From Pseudovirgaria hyperparasitica (Eukaryota): a stretch of DNA of 64,000 nt. Both the position numbers and the translations under genes were made by a program. Below are positions 48,046-58,532 of this stretch, piece by piece (positions within the stretch are counted from its first letter, which is position 1; every line of letters begins with the position of its first letter). A model generated the notes under the pieces. The model did no database searches, was not told where the DNA came from, and saw only the letters and a list, made by a program, of their open reading frames with translations. Location of the stretch: NCBI GenBank assembly GCA_010093815.1, contig ML996577.1; one strand, written 5' to 3'.

Positions 48046-50043
48046 TCAGAAAGCAGCACCGCCCATATTCGCCTCGCCATTCAATGCACTCAACTGCTGC
48101 TCGGCCAAGTCCGCGCGCATTGCCTGCAGATTACTCTCCCGCTCCATGACCTCCCACTCTCTCAGACTCTTCCTTTTCTTCGCCTCCTTGTCGTTGATGG
48201 CCTGGCGCAGCCTCTCCGCCTCATCCTCCAGCTTCTTGAGCTTCGTGGTGTCGTACAGCTCCGGGGCTTTGACGCCGCCAGGGATGGGCATTGGTAGGTC
48301 GGCCATGTGGTCGTTGAAGCGCTTGGTGCGTGGGTATGTGGTTGAGGTGCTATTGGCCGAGCCACGAAAGCCAGGCGCGGCAAATGTCGAGGACGAGCCA
48401 CCGCGAGGACCGGGGGGCGGCGCATTGCCATAGCTGCGGCTTTCGTAGCCTCCACGACCTTCGTATCCTCCACGACCCTCATAACCTCCACGGCCCTCAT
48501 AACCTCCGCGTCCTTCATAGCCACCACGACCAAAGCCAGAGCCGCGGCGTGGTGGTGGGCCAGAGAAGTCTCGTGAAGGGTAATCGCGGGACGAGTCCAA
48601 ACCGCCGCGGCCTTCAAAGCCACCGCGACCTTCAAAATTACCACGGCCACCTCCTCGGGGACGAGATGGCGCGCCAAGAACTGGATTAGAACCGCGGTTA
48701 GGCATGGCAGCTGGACCAGAGGGAGGAGACATGGCGGGTGATGGATAAGTACGAGATGCTCCAGAGGGTCCCGTGGGCGGAGCGCGCGTAAAACTAGCAT
48801 CTCTGCGCGGACCAGTCGGGGGTGCGACAGACGAACCATTGGGAGGTTCACGATCTCTAGGAGAAGCCAAAGCTGAGCGAGCAATTGGTGAACGAGGAAT
48901 GGGCGAGTGAGGGATAGACTCTCGAGGCTCGGGTGATCGCTCTCGTTCAACCTCACGATCGGAAATGCGGTGGCGGAATGCTGGGGATCTAGCGCGCGGA
49001 AGAGGCGAGCGTGGCCGAGGGGAGAAACGCCTGTCCCGAGGGGACCGCTCGTCATCTCTGCCGCCACGGAAGAAAGGTCGAGGTGAAGCCCTCCTGGAAG
49101 TAGCTCCAGACTCTCTTCCTGAATTCTGACCAGAGCGAAAGTTGTTTCGTGGTGGTGACGGCGATCTTCTCCTCCAGGTATCAGCTTTGTATGGATCTGG
49201 TCGATCATCGCGACGAAGGGGTGAGCGCGAACGGGCTTGCGGTCGATAATTGTTCTCGCGAGGAAGAGGAGAGAAGTCGCGTCTACGGGGACTGGCCATC
49301 AAGTCAGTGCTTCTATGATTGACTGCATTGGAAACCTGATACCTTTCGGCTCGTGATCTTGGTTCTTCGAACCTGCGCCTCGGTGGAGAATCGAACCTCT
49401 CGCGCTTTGGTGGCGGTGAGCGTCCCCTGCTTCTAACTGGCGAAGGTGACCGTCCCCTCTTGACTGGCAGCGGCGATCTTTCCCTACGTATGGGCGACCT
49501 TGGACGAGTGTCTCTCCCTCCAACATAGCTGTCGCCTCCAAGGCTTCCTCTTAACTGCGAGCGTGGTCTATCGTCTTCTCTTCTGAAATTCTCTCGGCGA
49601 GGTGAAGGCGCGCGACGAGGCGGGCTTCTTCTCCAGCTATCATTCTCAGCGCGAAAAGGACGAGGTGGTGTGCGTGATCGACGACGGAAGGTATCTGCAG
49701 AGCGGCTTCGCGGACGGCCGCCAGCTCGACCGCCTGAGGGCGCCCATGTATCGGCTGCTGCACGACCAGCCCCGCGAGGTGGCGGCGAGCGCGAATTGCG
49801 ATACTCACGGCGAGGAGGAGAAGGTCGTCGATCACCTGCACCGGGTCTATAAGAGTTCCAGTTGCTACTGTTGATATGATCAGCATGGTGAGTTTTGGCA
49901 GTTTCTCTCTGCTGAGCTTGCGAGAACTGAGGCGAGCCAGCCAGTAAGGTTTCATGAAATATGCGGTTTTTGGAGTACCGCTCTTCTCTGACGTTATGAG
50001 ATCGGTTCACATACCTCCGCTCGCGGTCACGGTCGCGATCCAT
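48046..50043 (-). CDS. Ser/Arg-rich (SRRM-like) protein with RGG repeats and C-terminal coiled coil, probably 3 exons
   Basis: Dense RSP/RSRS repeats, an RGG region and a coiled-coil tail. Probable introns 50014-49868 (147 nt) and 49342-49292 (51 nt) are hidden in the 665-aa ORF because both are in frame and stop-free. Confidence 0.8.
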   Translation of the reverse strand: MDRDRDRERRYVNRSHNVREERYSKNRIFHETLLAGSPQFSQAQQRETAKTHHADHINSSNWNSYRPGAGDRRPSPPRREYRNSRSPPPRGAGRAAADTWAPSGGRAGGRPRSRSADTFRRRSRTPPRPFRAENDSWRRSPPRRAPSPRRENFRREDDRPRSQLRGSLGGDSYVGGRDTRPRSPIRRERSPLPVKRGRSPSPVRSRGRSPPPKRERFDSPPRRRFEEPRSRAERYQVSNAVNHRSTDLMASPRRRDFSPLPRENNYRPQARSRSPLRRDDRPDPYKADTWRRRSPSPPRNNFRSGQNSGRESGATSRRASPRPFFRGGRDDERSPRDRRFSPRPRSPLPRARSPAFRHRISDREVERERSPEPRESIPHSPIPRSPIARSALASPRDREPPNGSSVAPPTGPRRDASFTRAPPTGPSGASRTYPSPAMSPPSGPAAMPNRGSNPVLGAPSRPRGGGRGNFEGRGGFEGRGGLDSSRDYPSRDFSGPPPRRGSGFGRGGYEGRGGYEGRGGYEGRGGYEGRGGYESRSYGNAPPPGPRGGSSSTFAAPGFRGSANSTSTTYPRTKRFNDHMADLPMPIPGGVKAPELYDTTKLKKLEDEAERLRQAINDKEAKKRKSLREWEVMERESNLQAMRADLAEQQLSALNGEANMGGAAF
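48442..48531 (-). repeat. Coding 18-bp tandem repeat encoding about 5 RGGYEG units
   Basis: Translation GFGRGGYEGRGGYEGRGGYEGRGGYEGRGGYESR. Confidence 0.9.
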
Positions 50044-50766
50044 TGTCTAGAGTCTCAGTCACTGGTGTTAGTAAGGGAGAAAAGTGACAGTGCAATACAA
50101 TCTGCACCAAGCAGTGATAAGCGCTGCAAAGTAGAGCTGAGAAACGAGCGTCGATGTGGTGGAACTGACGTGGTGGCAGCGTGAAGTGAGGCATGTAGCT
50201 CGAAATTTTGATTCGACGCTGGCGACTGACGCGCTTGTCACGTGTTGGGCTTGGCTCATTGTCAAATATCACCTAGCAACCAGTGAACAAAGCCATGTTC
50301 CCCTTTCTGCGCACTTCACTGACCATATCAGCGGTTCTTTAGTTCGGGCTGTACGGACGCCGGGTGTTTCATACGGGTCATTCGCAGGTTCAAGTTTTGG
50401 TCGCGGTGGGAGGCGTGCATACTTCATCATATCAAATCTTGAGCTCATCTTTTTTCTTTGTTTGTGTCCTCATATTGGTCGCAAGGGACGATTTGGCCGT
50501 CGAGTGCTCTTTAAAGCTTCATCTTTCCATTTCGGTTTTACAATCCTCCAATGTCCTTGTTAAAACCCGTTCCATTTGATATCTTTACAATCCATACCAT
50601 TTCAGCTATTTCGCTGAATGTTGCGGCCTTACCACAGACCTTCTTGCACCGTACTCCGACTTATGCAACGTAGTACCATATAGCTCAAAACGGACGCGAT
50701 TTTCATCCTTGTGCGCACTTATCGTCCTTCCTGAAGCGACGCGTTGAGTATTCTTCACATCTTGTT

Positions 50767-52509
50767 TCATCTTCGCCCTCGTTTCTCTTCGTCCTTCTTC
50801 AGCCTCTTCCTGCTCTCATCCGCAATCATCTGACTCAAGTCATCTTGATCAATACCGCCTCCACCCCATGCACCTGCCGCATCAGCCTTCCTCTGGGCAT
50901 CGTACTGTCTCTGAAGCTCCTCCTTGCTCAGCTTTCCTCCGTCTGCCAACGCATCGACGTCGACTGAGACGTCTACATCACCAGCCTTCCGCTTTCTGCC
51001 TGAATCGCGACCCAACATTGGCACGTCGGGATCACGCTGCGTGGCTTTGATATCATACGTGCGATCGGAGCCAAAGAAACCCTTTGAGCGTACATTCTGT
51101 TCCTGAACGACCTGATAAAGCTCACGAGGAGGACCGGCATCTGCGGAACCACGTCTCCCTCCCTTGCCAATGGAAAAGTCGGACGCAATCCTTTCGTCTC
51201 TGATTTGCGGTACTGGGATCGGTGCAGGAGACTCGGCCCTTGTTGTATCTGGAATGTCTCCATCGCTCATATCTACATCTTCGTCTGCGTCGTCATCTTC
51301 CTCTTCTTCTTCCTCTTCAGACTCTTCTGGTGGCTGCAATTCTCCCCATAACGTTTTCTCAACTGGCTCACCTGTCTGCTGCGGCTGCTGCAGGATCGCA
51401 GTACCGAAGATGTCACCGCCATACAGAGGTCTATTGAACTCGTCGACAGGGGGTTTTCCATACCCACCAGGATGAAATCCCCACTGGGCCCCGGGAGGCG
51501 GAGGAGCATTCAGGCCTGCTATCTTGAGGGCAGGATATGACGGAGGTGGGCCGAATCGCTGTTGATTGATGAGCCATGGTGGCGGAGCACCTGGAGGGAT
51601 ATTCAGAGCATCTTTAAGCTCTTCACTTAGCTCACCAGGACGGAGGTGCCTCAAGTTTGTCTCATACTCCTTTCCTTCGTAGTAGACTTCGCCGTATCGT
51701 GTCAACTCGGGCTTCGTCTGAAACTTGAAGAATGCTTCGTATAGCTTTCCATAGTCAATATCGAGTCGACCCATCTTCGGCGCAACGCGTTCTCTCTGCT
51801 TCTGTTTCATAGTCTGCTCAGCTTGTTTCTCAAGAAGTGCGTCACGCATCTCTGCAATGCCCGTCTCTTGTATGAACTTTGGTAGTGAGAAAGCCGGTTT
51901 TTCCACGCCTCGCTTCGAGGAAAGATACTCGCGTTTCAGTGCCCAGTGCTGAGGTACTGGTACAACGTTCCTATGGCCCTTGATTGAGACCAGTAGACGA
52001 GGGTCTGGAGCGTTGACATCTGTCCATTCCACTAATTCGGGTTTCTTCACAATTGCTTTCAATTCCGCGATTGACAACATGTTCTGCTGTTTTCGCGCCC
52101 TCTTTGAGAGCTTTTTTGCTGACTCGTCCTCCTCGTCTGGGATGTCATCGTCACCGTCGTAATATATCTCAGCTTTTGCGGGTTCTTTCGTGGCCTCCGC
52201 TTCTGGTTGCTCTAATCTCTGAAACACGGATTTGAACTGTGCGTATAGAGGATCAGATGGGTCAATCTCGAAAGATACAGCGGCTGAGTGCTTTTCGTCG
52301 ACATCTGCTGGGTCTGGTGATGGGGAATCACCGCGCACAGATTGAGGTATCGGTGCTTCTGACTCTGCGCGTAATGATGCCTGGGCGACACGGATATTAG
52401 CACTGGTTCGCACAATGTAAGATTTAGAGATATAACTTGCATCCTTCTTGGCCTTCTGAGCTGCGCGCCGCTTGTGATTCTTATTCTCCTTCTTCTTCGT
52501 GCCCGACAT
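50767..52509 (-). CDS. SF3B2: U2 snRNP splicing factor 3B subunit 2 (SAP145/Cus1)
   Basis: LSIAELKAIVKKPELVEWTDV, RNVVPVPQHWALKREYLSSKRG, PKMGRLDIDY, PPPWLINQQRFGPPPSYPALKIAGLNAP and GGYGKPPVDE.NRPLYGGD. A probable 60-nt GC-AG intron lies at 52440-52381. Confidence 0.96.
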   Translation of the reverse strand: MSGTKKKENKNHKRRAAQKAKKDASYISKSYIVRTSANIRVAQASLRAESEAPIPQSVRGDSPSPDPADVDEKHSAAVSFEIDPSDPLYAQFKSVFQRLEQPEAEATKEPAKAEIYYDGDDDIPDEEDESAKKLSKRARKQQNMLSIAELKAIVKKPELVEWTDVNAPDPRLLVSIKGHRNVVPVPQHWALKREYLSSKRGVEKPAFSLPKFIQETGIAEMRDALLEKQAEQTMKQKQRERVAPKMGRLDIDYGKLYEAFFKFQTKPELTRYGEVYYEGKEYETNLRHLRPGELSEELKDALNIPPGAPPPWLINQQRFGPPPSYPALKIAGLNAPPPPGAQWGFHPGGYGKPPVDEFNRPLYGGDIFGTAILQQPQQTGEPVEKTLWGELQPPEESEEEEEEEDDDADEDVDMSDGDIPDTTRAESPAPIPVPQIRDERIASDFSIGKGGRRGSADAGPPRELYQVVQEQNVRSKGFFGSDRTYDIKATQRDPDVPMLGRDSGRKRKAGDVDVSVDVDALADGGKLSKEELQRQYDAQRKADAAGAWGGGGIDQDDLSQMIADESRKRLKKDEEKRGRR

Positions 52510-52902
52510 CGCGACAACTGCCTTGCTAGCAGATGATTAGTAACGGCAGTAACTGATCTTTGCAGCACGCAAGCAGTAAGGTGTCCACTACTAACACGAA
52601 GGCTTGCGTCAGGATGAGATGTCTGGGCGTTGATGATGATGAAGGGAGGTTGCGGCGTGTTTGGCGTTTGAAGTTCTTGTACGGAAAGTCGCTAATTGAC
52701 ATGGTCACGTGAGCGTCCTCCGCGAAGATGTTCTAGCGATTTCAACTTTATAACTCAACACACATACATAGACACTCAGAATTCTTCGAAGTCAACAGCA
52801 ACTATAGCCGGAGCTTGTGCTTGGGCTATGTGCTCATACCAGCAAAACACTCGATGTAATATAAGTCAGGTAACTACTTACACTAATTATGCTTTGCCTC
52901 AA

Positions 52903-54095
52903 TTAAGTACGGTCATTAACCTCGAACTTGTTAGTATAGAATCCCCTAAAATGCTTGTTCTCCCCGATTTCTTTCAAACTCTGGATCTCGCTCGGATTCA
53001 ATTTGAACGTCGCAGCTCTCAGATAGTCACTCAATCTCTGTTCCTTGGAGCTCGTCGTGATCGGGATGATATCCTGATCTATACACCATCTCAGTAACAC
53101 TTCTCCTTCACTGACCGCATACTTCTTCGCCAGTCTCGCAAGCGCCTCGTCCACCGGACCACCAGCAGCTTTGACGATTGGTGTCAATGGCCCGTATGCC
53201 GAGGTTGCAACACCGTGCTTCTTGTGCAGTTCAATTAGGGCGTTATGTTGAAGGTATGGATGGAACTCGATCTGGTTGATAGCTGGAACGACCTTGGCAG
53301 TCCGGAGAAGAACCTCGAAATCTTGTGGACGGAAGTTTGAGACACCAATGGATTTAGTGAGGCCCAACGCTTGCACGGCTTCCATTTGAGCCCAAGATTT
53401 CTGGATGTCGGCCGGAGAAGATGTCCACCAAGCGTGATGAATGAGGTATCTAACGGAACGTTAGTGCCTCAATGCCCCCATAAACATCCCATCATACTGC
53501 GTACTGGTCAACATAATCCAGCTGTAACTTCTTCAGACTCGCTCGCAGCGAGCCCTCGACATCAAGAGGGTTATTTATGACTTTAGCGACGACATATAGC
53601 TTCGACCTGTCAGTACCACTCTCTTGGATGGCAATGCCAAGTTCAGCCTCTGTCTTGTACACTGTTCCGATTTGTCAGCTATCATATCTTAGTGTACCTT
53701 TAATGGTGGGATAGTGGGAGCTAAGATGGCAATATTACTGACTCTCACCACCATCAAGATATGTATACCCCATCTCAATTGCTTTCTTGATTGTATCGAT
53801 TAGAATACGGTCCACCTTAGTATCATCTCCACTCTTGAACCATGCAGTCCCAGTACCATAACCGAGCTGTAAGTAGAAGCATCAGTATTATTTTCATTGC
53901 AAACATTGCGGACACATAGTCCACCATCCATACCTGTGTCATGACCTTTGGGCTTGAAACAGATTCAGCCCGTCAGGAATCGACATACGGCGGGGTACCA
54001 ATGAGCTCAAATACACCAGTATATAAACTTACCATGGGCATGGATGTTCCATCGTTGAGCTTGAGGCTCGGAATCGGAGTATAAATCTTTGCCAT
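52903..54095 (-). CDS. Aldo-keto reductase, 4 exons
   Basis: Exons 54095-54033, 53866-53743, 53661-53505 and 53449-52903 give LKLNDGTSMPMLGYGTGTAW...YLDGGEMY...LYVVAK...YLIH...SIGVSNF...NQIEFHPYLQ. The catalytic D/Y/K/H tetrad is present. Confidence 0.93.
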
Positions 54096-54844
54096 GACTG
54101 GGAAGGCTGAAAGAGATGGTAATTAGAGTGGAAACAAACAGACTTCGGTCTAGGCAAATGGTATAATTTATTGACGGGCGAATATCTCGGTGTGAGTCAC
54201 CTAAACAATTTATCTTCTAGGTCTGCTGTGTATACCCAAGCTCGCCGCTCCGTTCATCTAGAGATCTACAAAAGAAAAGATATCTGGATTACTGTGCACA
54301 CCTCACGCGTGTAGTGGCGCATATGACGTAAAGTGGGCCTGCCTAAGCACATCCCACTTTCATAGGTGTTCGGAAGGTCGTAGGCGGCGCTGCTGTCGAA
54401 TGGTATTTAGATGTCACTAAAGTTAAGGCGAGGCCTGTCTTTGAATATGTAAAGGTAAAGACAACGCCCGCGTCATACATATTACTATTAGTAATGGTGA
54501 CTTATCAGTACCGACGCCTACAGTACGAACAATGATAGCCGCCCATATGTACTCCATCCCGTGATGGAAGTATTGGCTTACTCAGTAGAATAGAAGCGCA
54601 GCGAATAAAATAAAGTAAGTTGGTATCACAGGCCCTTTAGACCATAGCGAGGACTTCTCCCCATAAAAATCGACCGCAAATCACAATTCACCGCCCAGCT
54701 ACCGCATAAGACATTACAGTATTACAGTAAGTTCACAGCGGCAGGGATGCTATTGCGCATCGATACGTAAGCATCAATCCTCCCAACGCCGGTTTCAGAG
54801 TGTATGGGTGTTCTAATTGTAGTCCGACCGATAGGAGTGGTCCT

Positions 54845-57766
54845 TTAGGCACTCTTTTCGTGTTGCGTAGAGACTCTCTGAAGCGATACAACTGTGAAGA
54901 ATTAATATTTATGGTCATCGCGCCATATGATGGAACTTACCAAAATCTTCGTTAACCCTGTGTTCCCGTTTCTTCTTTCGAATGTTACCATGCATAAGGT
55001 TGTTAAAACCGGCGCTTCGTTGGCATAGATAGTATACGCCAGCACAAGCACAGAATATAATGAACGACATCGCCCAGACGCGGACCACCGTAACTATGGA
55101 CGTTTGGCCACCGACAAACCATCCAAACAGACAGAAGAAAGTAGCGAGAATATCGACTAAGAGAATGGCACCCGTGAGCTGCCACGATGGAATAGACGAC
55201 CAAAAGGGCCCGTTAGCCCGGGTGATGAAGATGAGCCAGTTCTGGGTGAGACAGATCTCTAAGAAGAGAACTGGATCGCGGATTCCGAAGTTCTGAACGA
55301 TGCCTCCTGTTTGGGGAATTCCTTGTTCATTACTTGTGATGTGACCGAACATGGAGGTTAAAGTAAGCCAGGTGCCAATGGAAAGGATTATACCGAGAAG
55401 TACGGACATACCCCAAAGTTTAGGTAAATTCCAATTGACTGGTAGCTTTGCGTAAGGGGCGTTGTCATAGGCAATGGCGAGTGTCGCAATGTCGGCGAAA
55501 ATAGCGATGAATACAACAAGGGACAGATTTAGCGAAGTGTTGAGAATGGCGATCCAGAGACCTAGAAATATCTCCAAGTGGATGGATAACGCGATACGAT
55601 AAACCACGTACGCATACATACGATGGAAAATCTGTCGCGATGTTTTCAAAGCATCAATGATTGCTGAGAGACCAGGAGCCAAGAAAACAATGTCGGCAGC
55701 GGACCGTGCTGCATCAGAGGCACCCTGCACGGCAATTCCAGTATCAGCCTTTTTCAAAGACGGAGCGTCATTGACGCCGTCACCTGTCATAGCAACCAAA
55801 AAGCCACGGCTCTGAAGAATGTCTACGACATTGTACTTGTGTTGAGGAAAGACTTCAGCGAATCCGTCTGCAGCTTGAACGAAATCGTAGACTTCTGACC
55901 CGGGCATTTCGCCACCACCACCAAGACCTAGACGTTCAGCATTATATACGTGATCTCCGAGACCGAGCTGACGTGATGTCTCGCGAGCGATTCCAACAGC
56001 ATCGCCTGTCAACATCTTGATTTGCAGGCCCAAGTTTTTCGCCTCGTTGATGGTTCGAGCGGTGTCATGGCGAGGTGGGTCAGAGCATGGCATGATGCCC
56101 AAAATCTCCCATGGCTCGCCTGTGCGCTTCCGAGCAACACCGAGAGAGCGAAAACCACGAGCGGCGAATTCGGCGACCTTGTTCTTATAGGCTTCCTCGA
56201 TATCAACAGGAATGGGATGGTCGACCTCGACCGTTTTAAGAACGAAGAGAGGAGCACCTTTGATGCAAACAATCTGTTCTCCACCGGGTGCTTCTACCAG
56301 AGCTTTAACTTTCTTCGACACCGGGTCGAAAGGGGTGAATTGAACCACTCTGTACTTGGAAAGGACACTCTTCGCACGTGGGTAGTACTTCAGTGCCTTG
56401 AGAAATGCTTTGTCAATGGCATCAATGCCCTTTTTCTTCCGCGAGGCAGCCAAACAGGCTGTAAGCATGAGATCGTCAGGTTCAACACCCTCGACGACGT
56501 AGGGTTCGGCGAGAGAAAGTTTGTTCTTCGTCAAGGTACCAGTTTTGTCTGAGCAAAGTATTTGCACTCCTGCCAATGACTCGATGGCAGAGAGCTTCTG
56601 GACAATGGCCTGCTTTCGAGCAAGGTAGGCAGCACCTACAGCCATAGTGGTGGTGACTACGGCTGGAAGACCGACAGGCACGCCAATGATGGTGATGGCT
56701 AGGGTAAAGCGAAGAATCTGAACGATTCCATTCGAGCGGTAAAACGATGCTATCCATACGACCGAGAGAGTAACGACTACGAGGATCAGCAGAATGACTC
56801 CAATGCCATTCAACACCTCAGTGAAGTGGCCAGTCCCAGAGCTAGCGGAGGCGACCAGGGAGGCTGCACGGCCGACAAAAGTTGAGTCTCCTGTAGCTGT
56901 GATTATCATGAACGCAGTACCTCTCTTCACCATAGAAGACTGGTAGCAAACATCTTTGACATGTTTGTCAACAGCTAGAGACTCCCCGGTGATGGACGAC
57001 TGATCTACTTGGATGAAGGCATCCTCACTTATGATACGGCCGTCAGCAGGAATGATAGCGCCCTCCTCGACTTGTAGAAGATCTCCAGGGACAAGCTCAG
57101 TGGCTTCGCATTCTATGAGTTGGCCTTCGCGGTAGACAATGGCTTTGAGGGCAAGGGTCTTCTTCAGCTCCTCGACAATGGAGCCGGCCTGGTATTCCTG
57201 GATGAAACCAACCATAGCATTTAGCAGTAGCAAAGCGATTATGACGCCAAAATCAACCCAGTCCTACATGAGCGGATTAGTGACAGCGCGTGATACAAGG
57301 GCCGATTTTGGCTTACCTCCAGACCCGCAGCGAGAATGGCGGCGGCCTCCATAACGAATTGTATGGGGCCGACAAAGTACATAAGAAACTTGAGGGCCAG
57401 GTTCTCCTTCTCTTCCTTCATTTGATTCAGACCAAATTTCCTTCTCCGAGCCAAGACTTCTTGCTCAGTCAAACCCATGCTTGTGTCTGTCTGTAGGAAG
57501 TCTTCTGATACGAAACGTGCACCTCCGGGTTGCGTATCTTCCTCGTCTTCGATGTCTATATTCTCGTCGACCGATTCGAGCTCTTCAATCAGTGCATCAA
57601 TATCCTCTTCCTCCTCCTCTTCATCCAGGGCAGCGTATGCCGCGCGAACGTGCTGGGTAGGGAGTCCGCGAGGCCTTTCATCCGAACTGGAACCCTTCTT
57701 CTCGTCGAACTGACCGGATGGCACGTCGGTGCCAAGGTGATTAGGTGTAACATCATCGCTAGCCAT
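54845..57766 (-). CDS. PMA1: Plasma-membrane H+-ATPase (P3A P-type, Pma1 family), 3 exons
   Basis: Exons 57766-57317, 57263-54941 and 54891-54845. Motifs [22 protein letters not shown] and [16 protein letters not shown]. The last exon encodes the regulatory tail [18 protein letters not shown]1 versus a paralog cannot be resolved here. Confidence 0.95.
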
Positions 57767-58532
57767 GATTGATGGCTCGACGACACGACGCGACGGGCGT
57801 AGTGATTGTCGTCGAGTCAACGGCAGCGTGGTGTAGACTTGTAGAGAGGGATGAGTGAGGCAGTAAATTGCAGAGCCGGGCGCGGCGTAGGATGAGAGCT
57901 TGGCTTGAGAACGGGCCGCTTGGTGGCGGTGCGGAGATGCCTTGTTAGATGATGATCGCGTTGGCTACTATGCTGCATGAACGTGCATGTGCAGGTGCAT
58001 GCAGGTGATGCTTAATTATATAGCAATGCACAACAGATAATAAAATCACAGACGGAAGAGAAACGGACGACGGGTCTGAAGGAGTTGAAAGACGACGATG
58101 GGAAAGACGAGGACATGAGAAACTTCTCACGTGTGGAAGGAAGAAGACACCTCAGGCAGCCGGCGCTGGCGTAAGTAGCGAGCGCATCCGGCACATCACG
58201 CAGTTGCGGCCCCCAATCCTAGCCGCAGTAGCCTTTGAGAAAAATAGGTTTATTAATACCTCATGTGATTTCAATCATTTCCGCACCCAACGAGTGTCTA
58301 CTGTTGACACCTTAGACACTCTTCGATATAATTAGTGCATTGAAGGCCATCTATCGTTGAGAGACAATAGTCACCTCCGGTGAGCTGCTGGACAGTCGAT
58401 TACGACTTCGCTTTCACTTTCATTATCATGATATACCTCGATTCATGTACTCAAAAAACGACCATAGAGCTTTCATACATCGTCGGGAAACGGCAAACCT
58501 TGAGTCTGTGATGAAACAATGGATGGCACAAA

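Noticed and set aside
48162..49208. 348-aa alternative-frame ORF within the SR gene
   Set aside because: Expected in GC-rich repetitive coding sequence, with no independent support.
50318..50431. Minus-strand ATGATGA...CTGA resembling a C/D-box snoRNA
   Set aside because: The terminal stem is weak, and the putative guide is only imperfectly complementary to the 18S segment it resembles.
53900..54030. TPP riboswitch in the long AKR intron
   Set aside because: It lacks the conserved TGAGA and GAACCTGAT...TAAT...GCG core.
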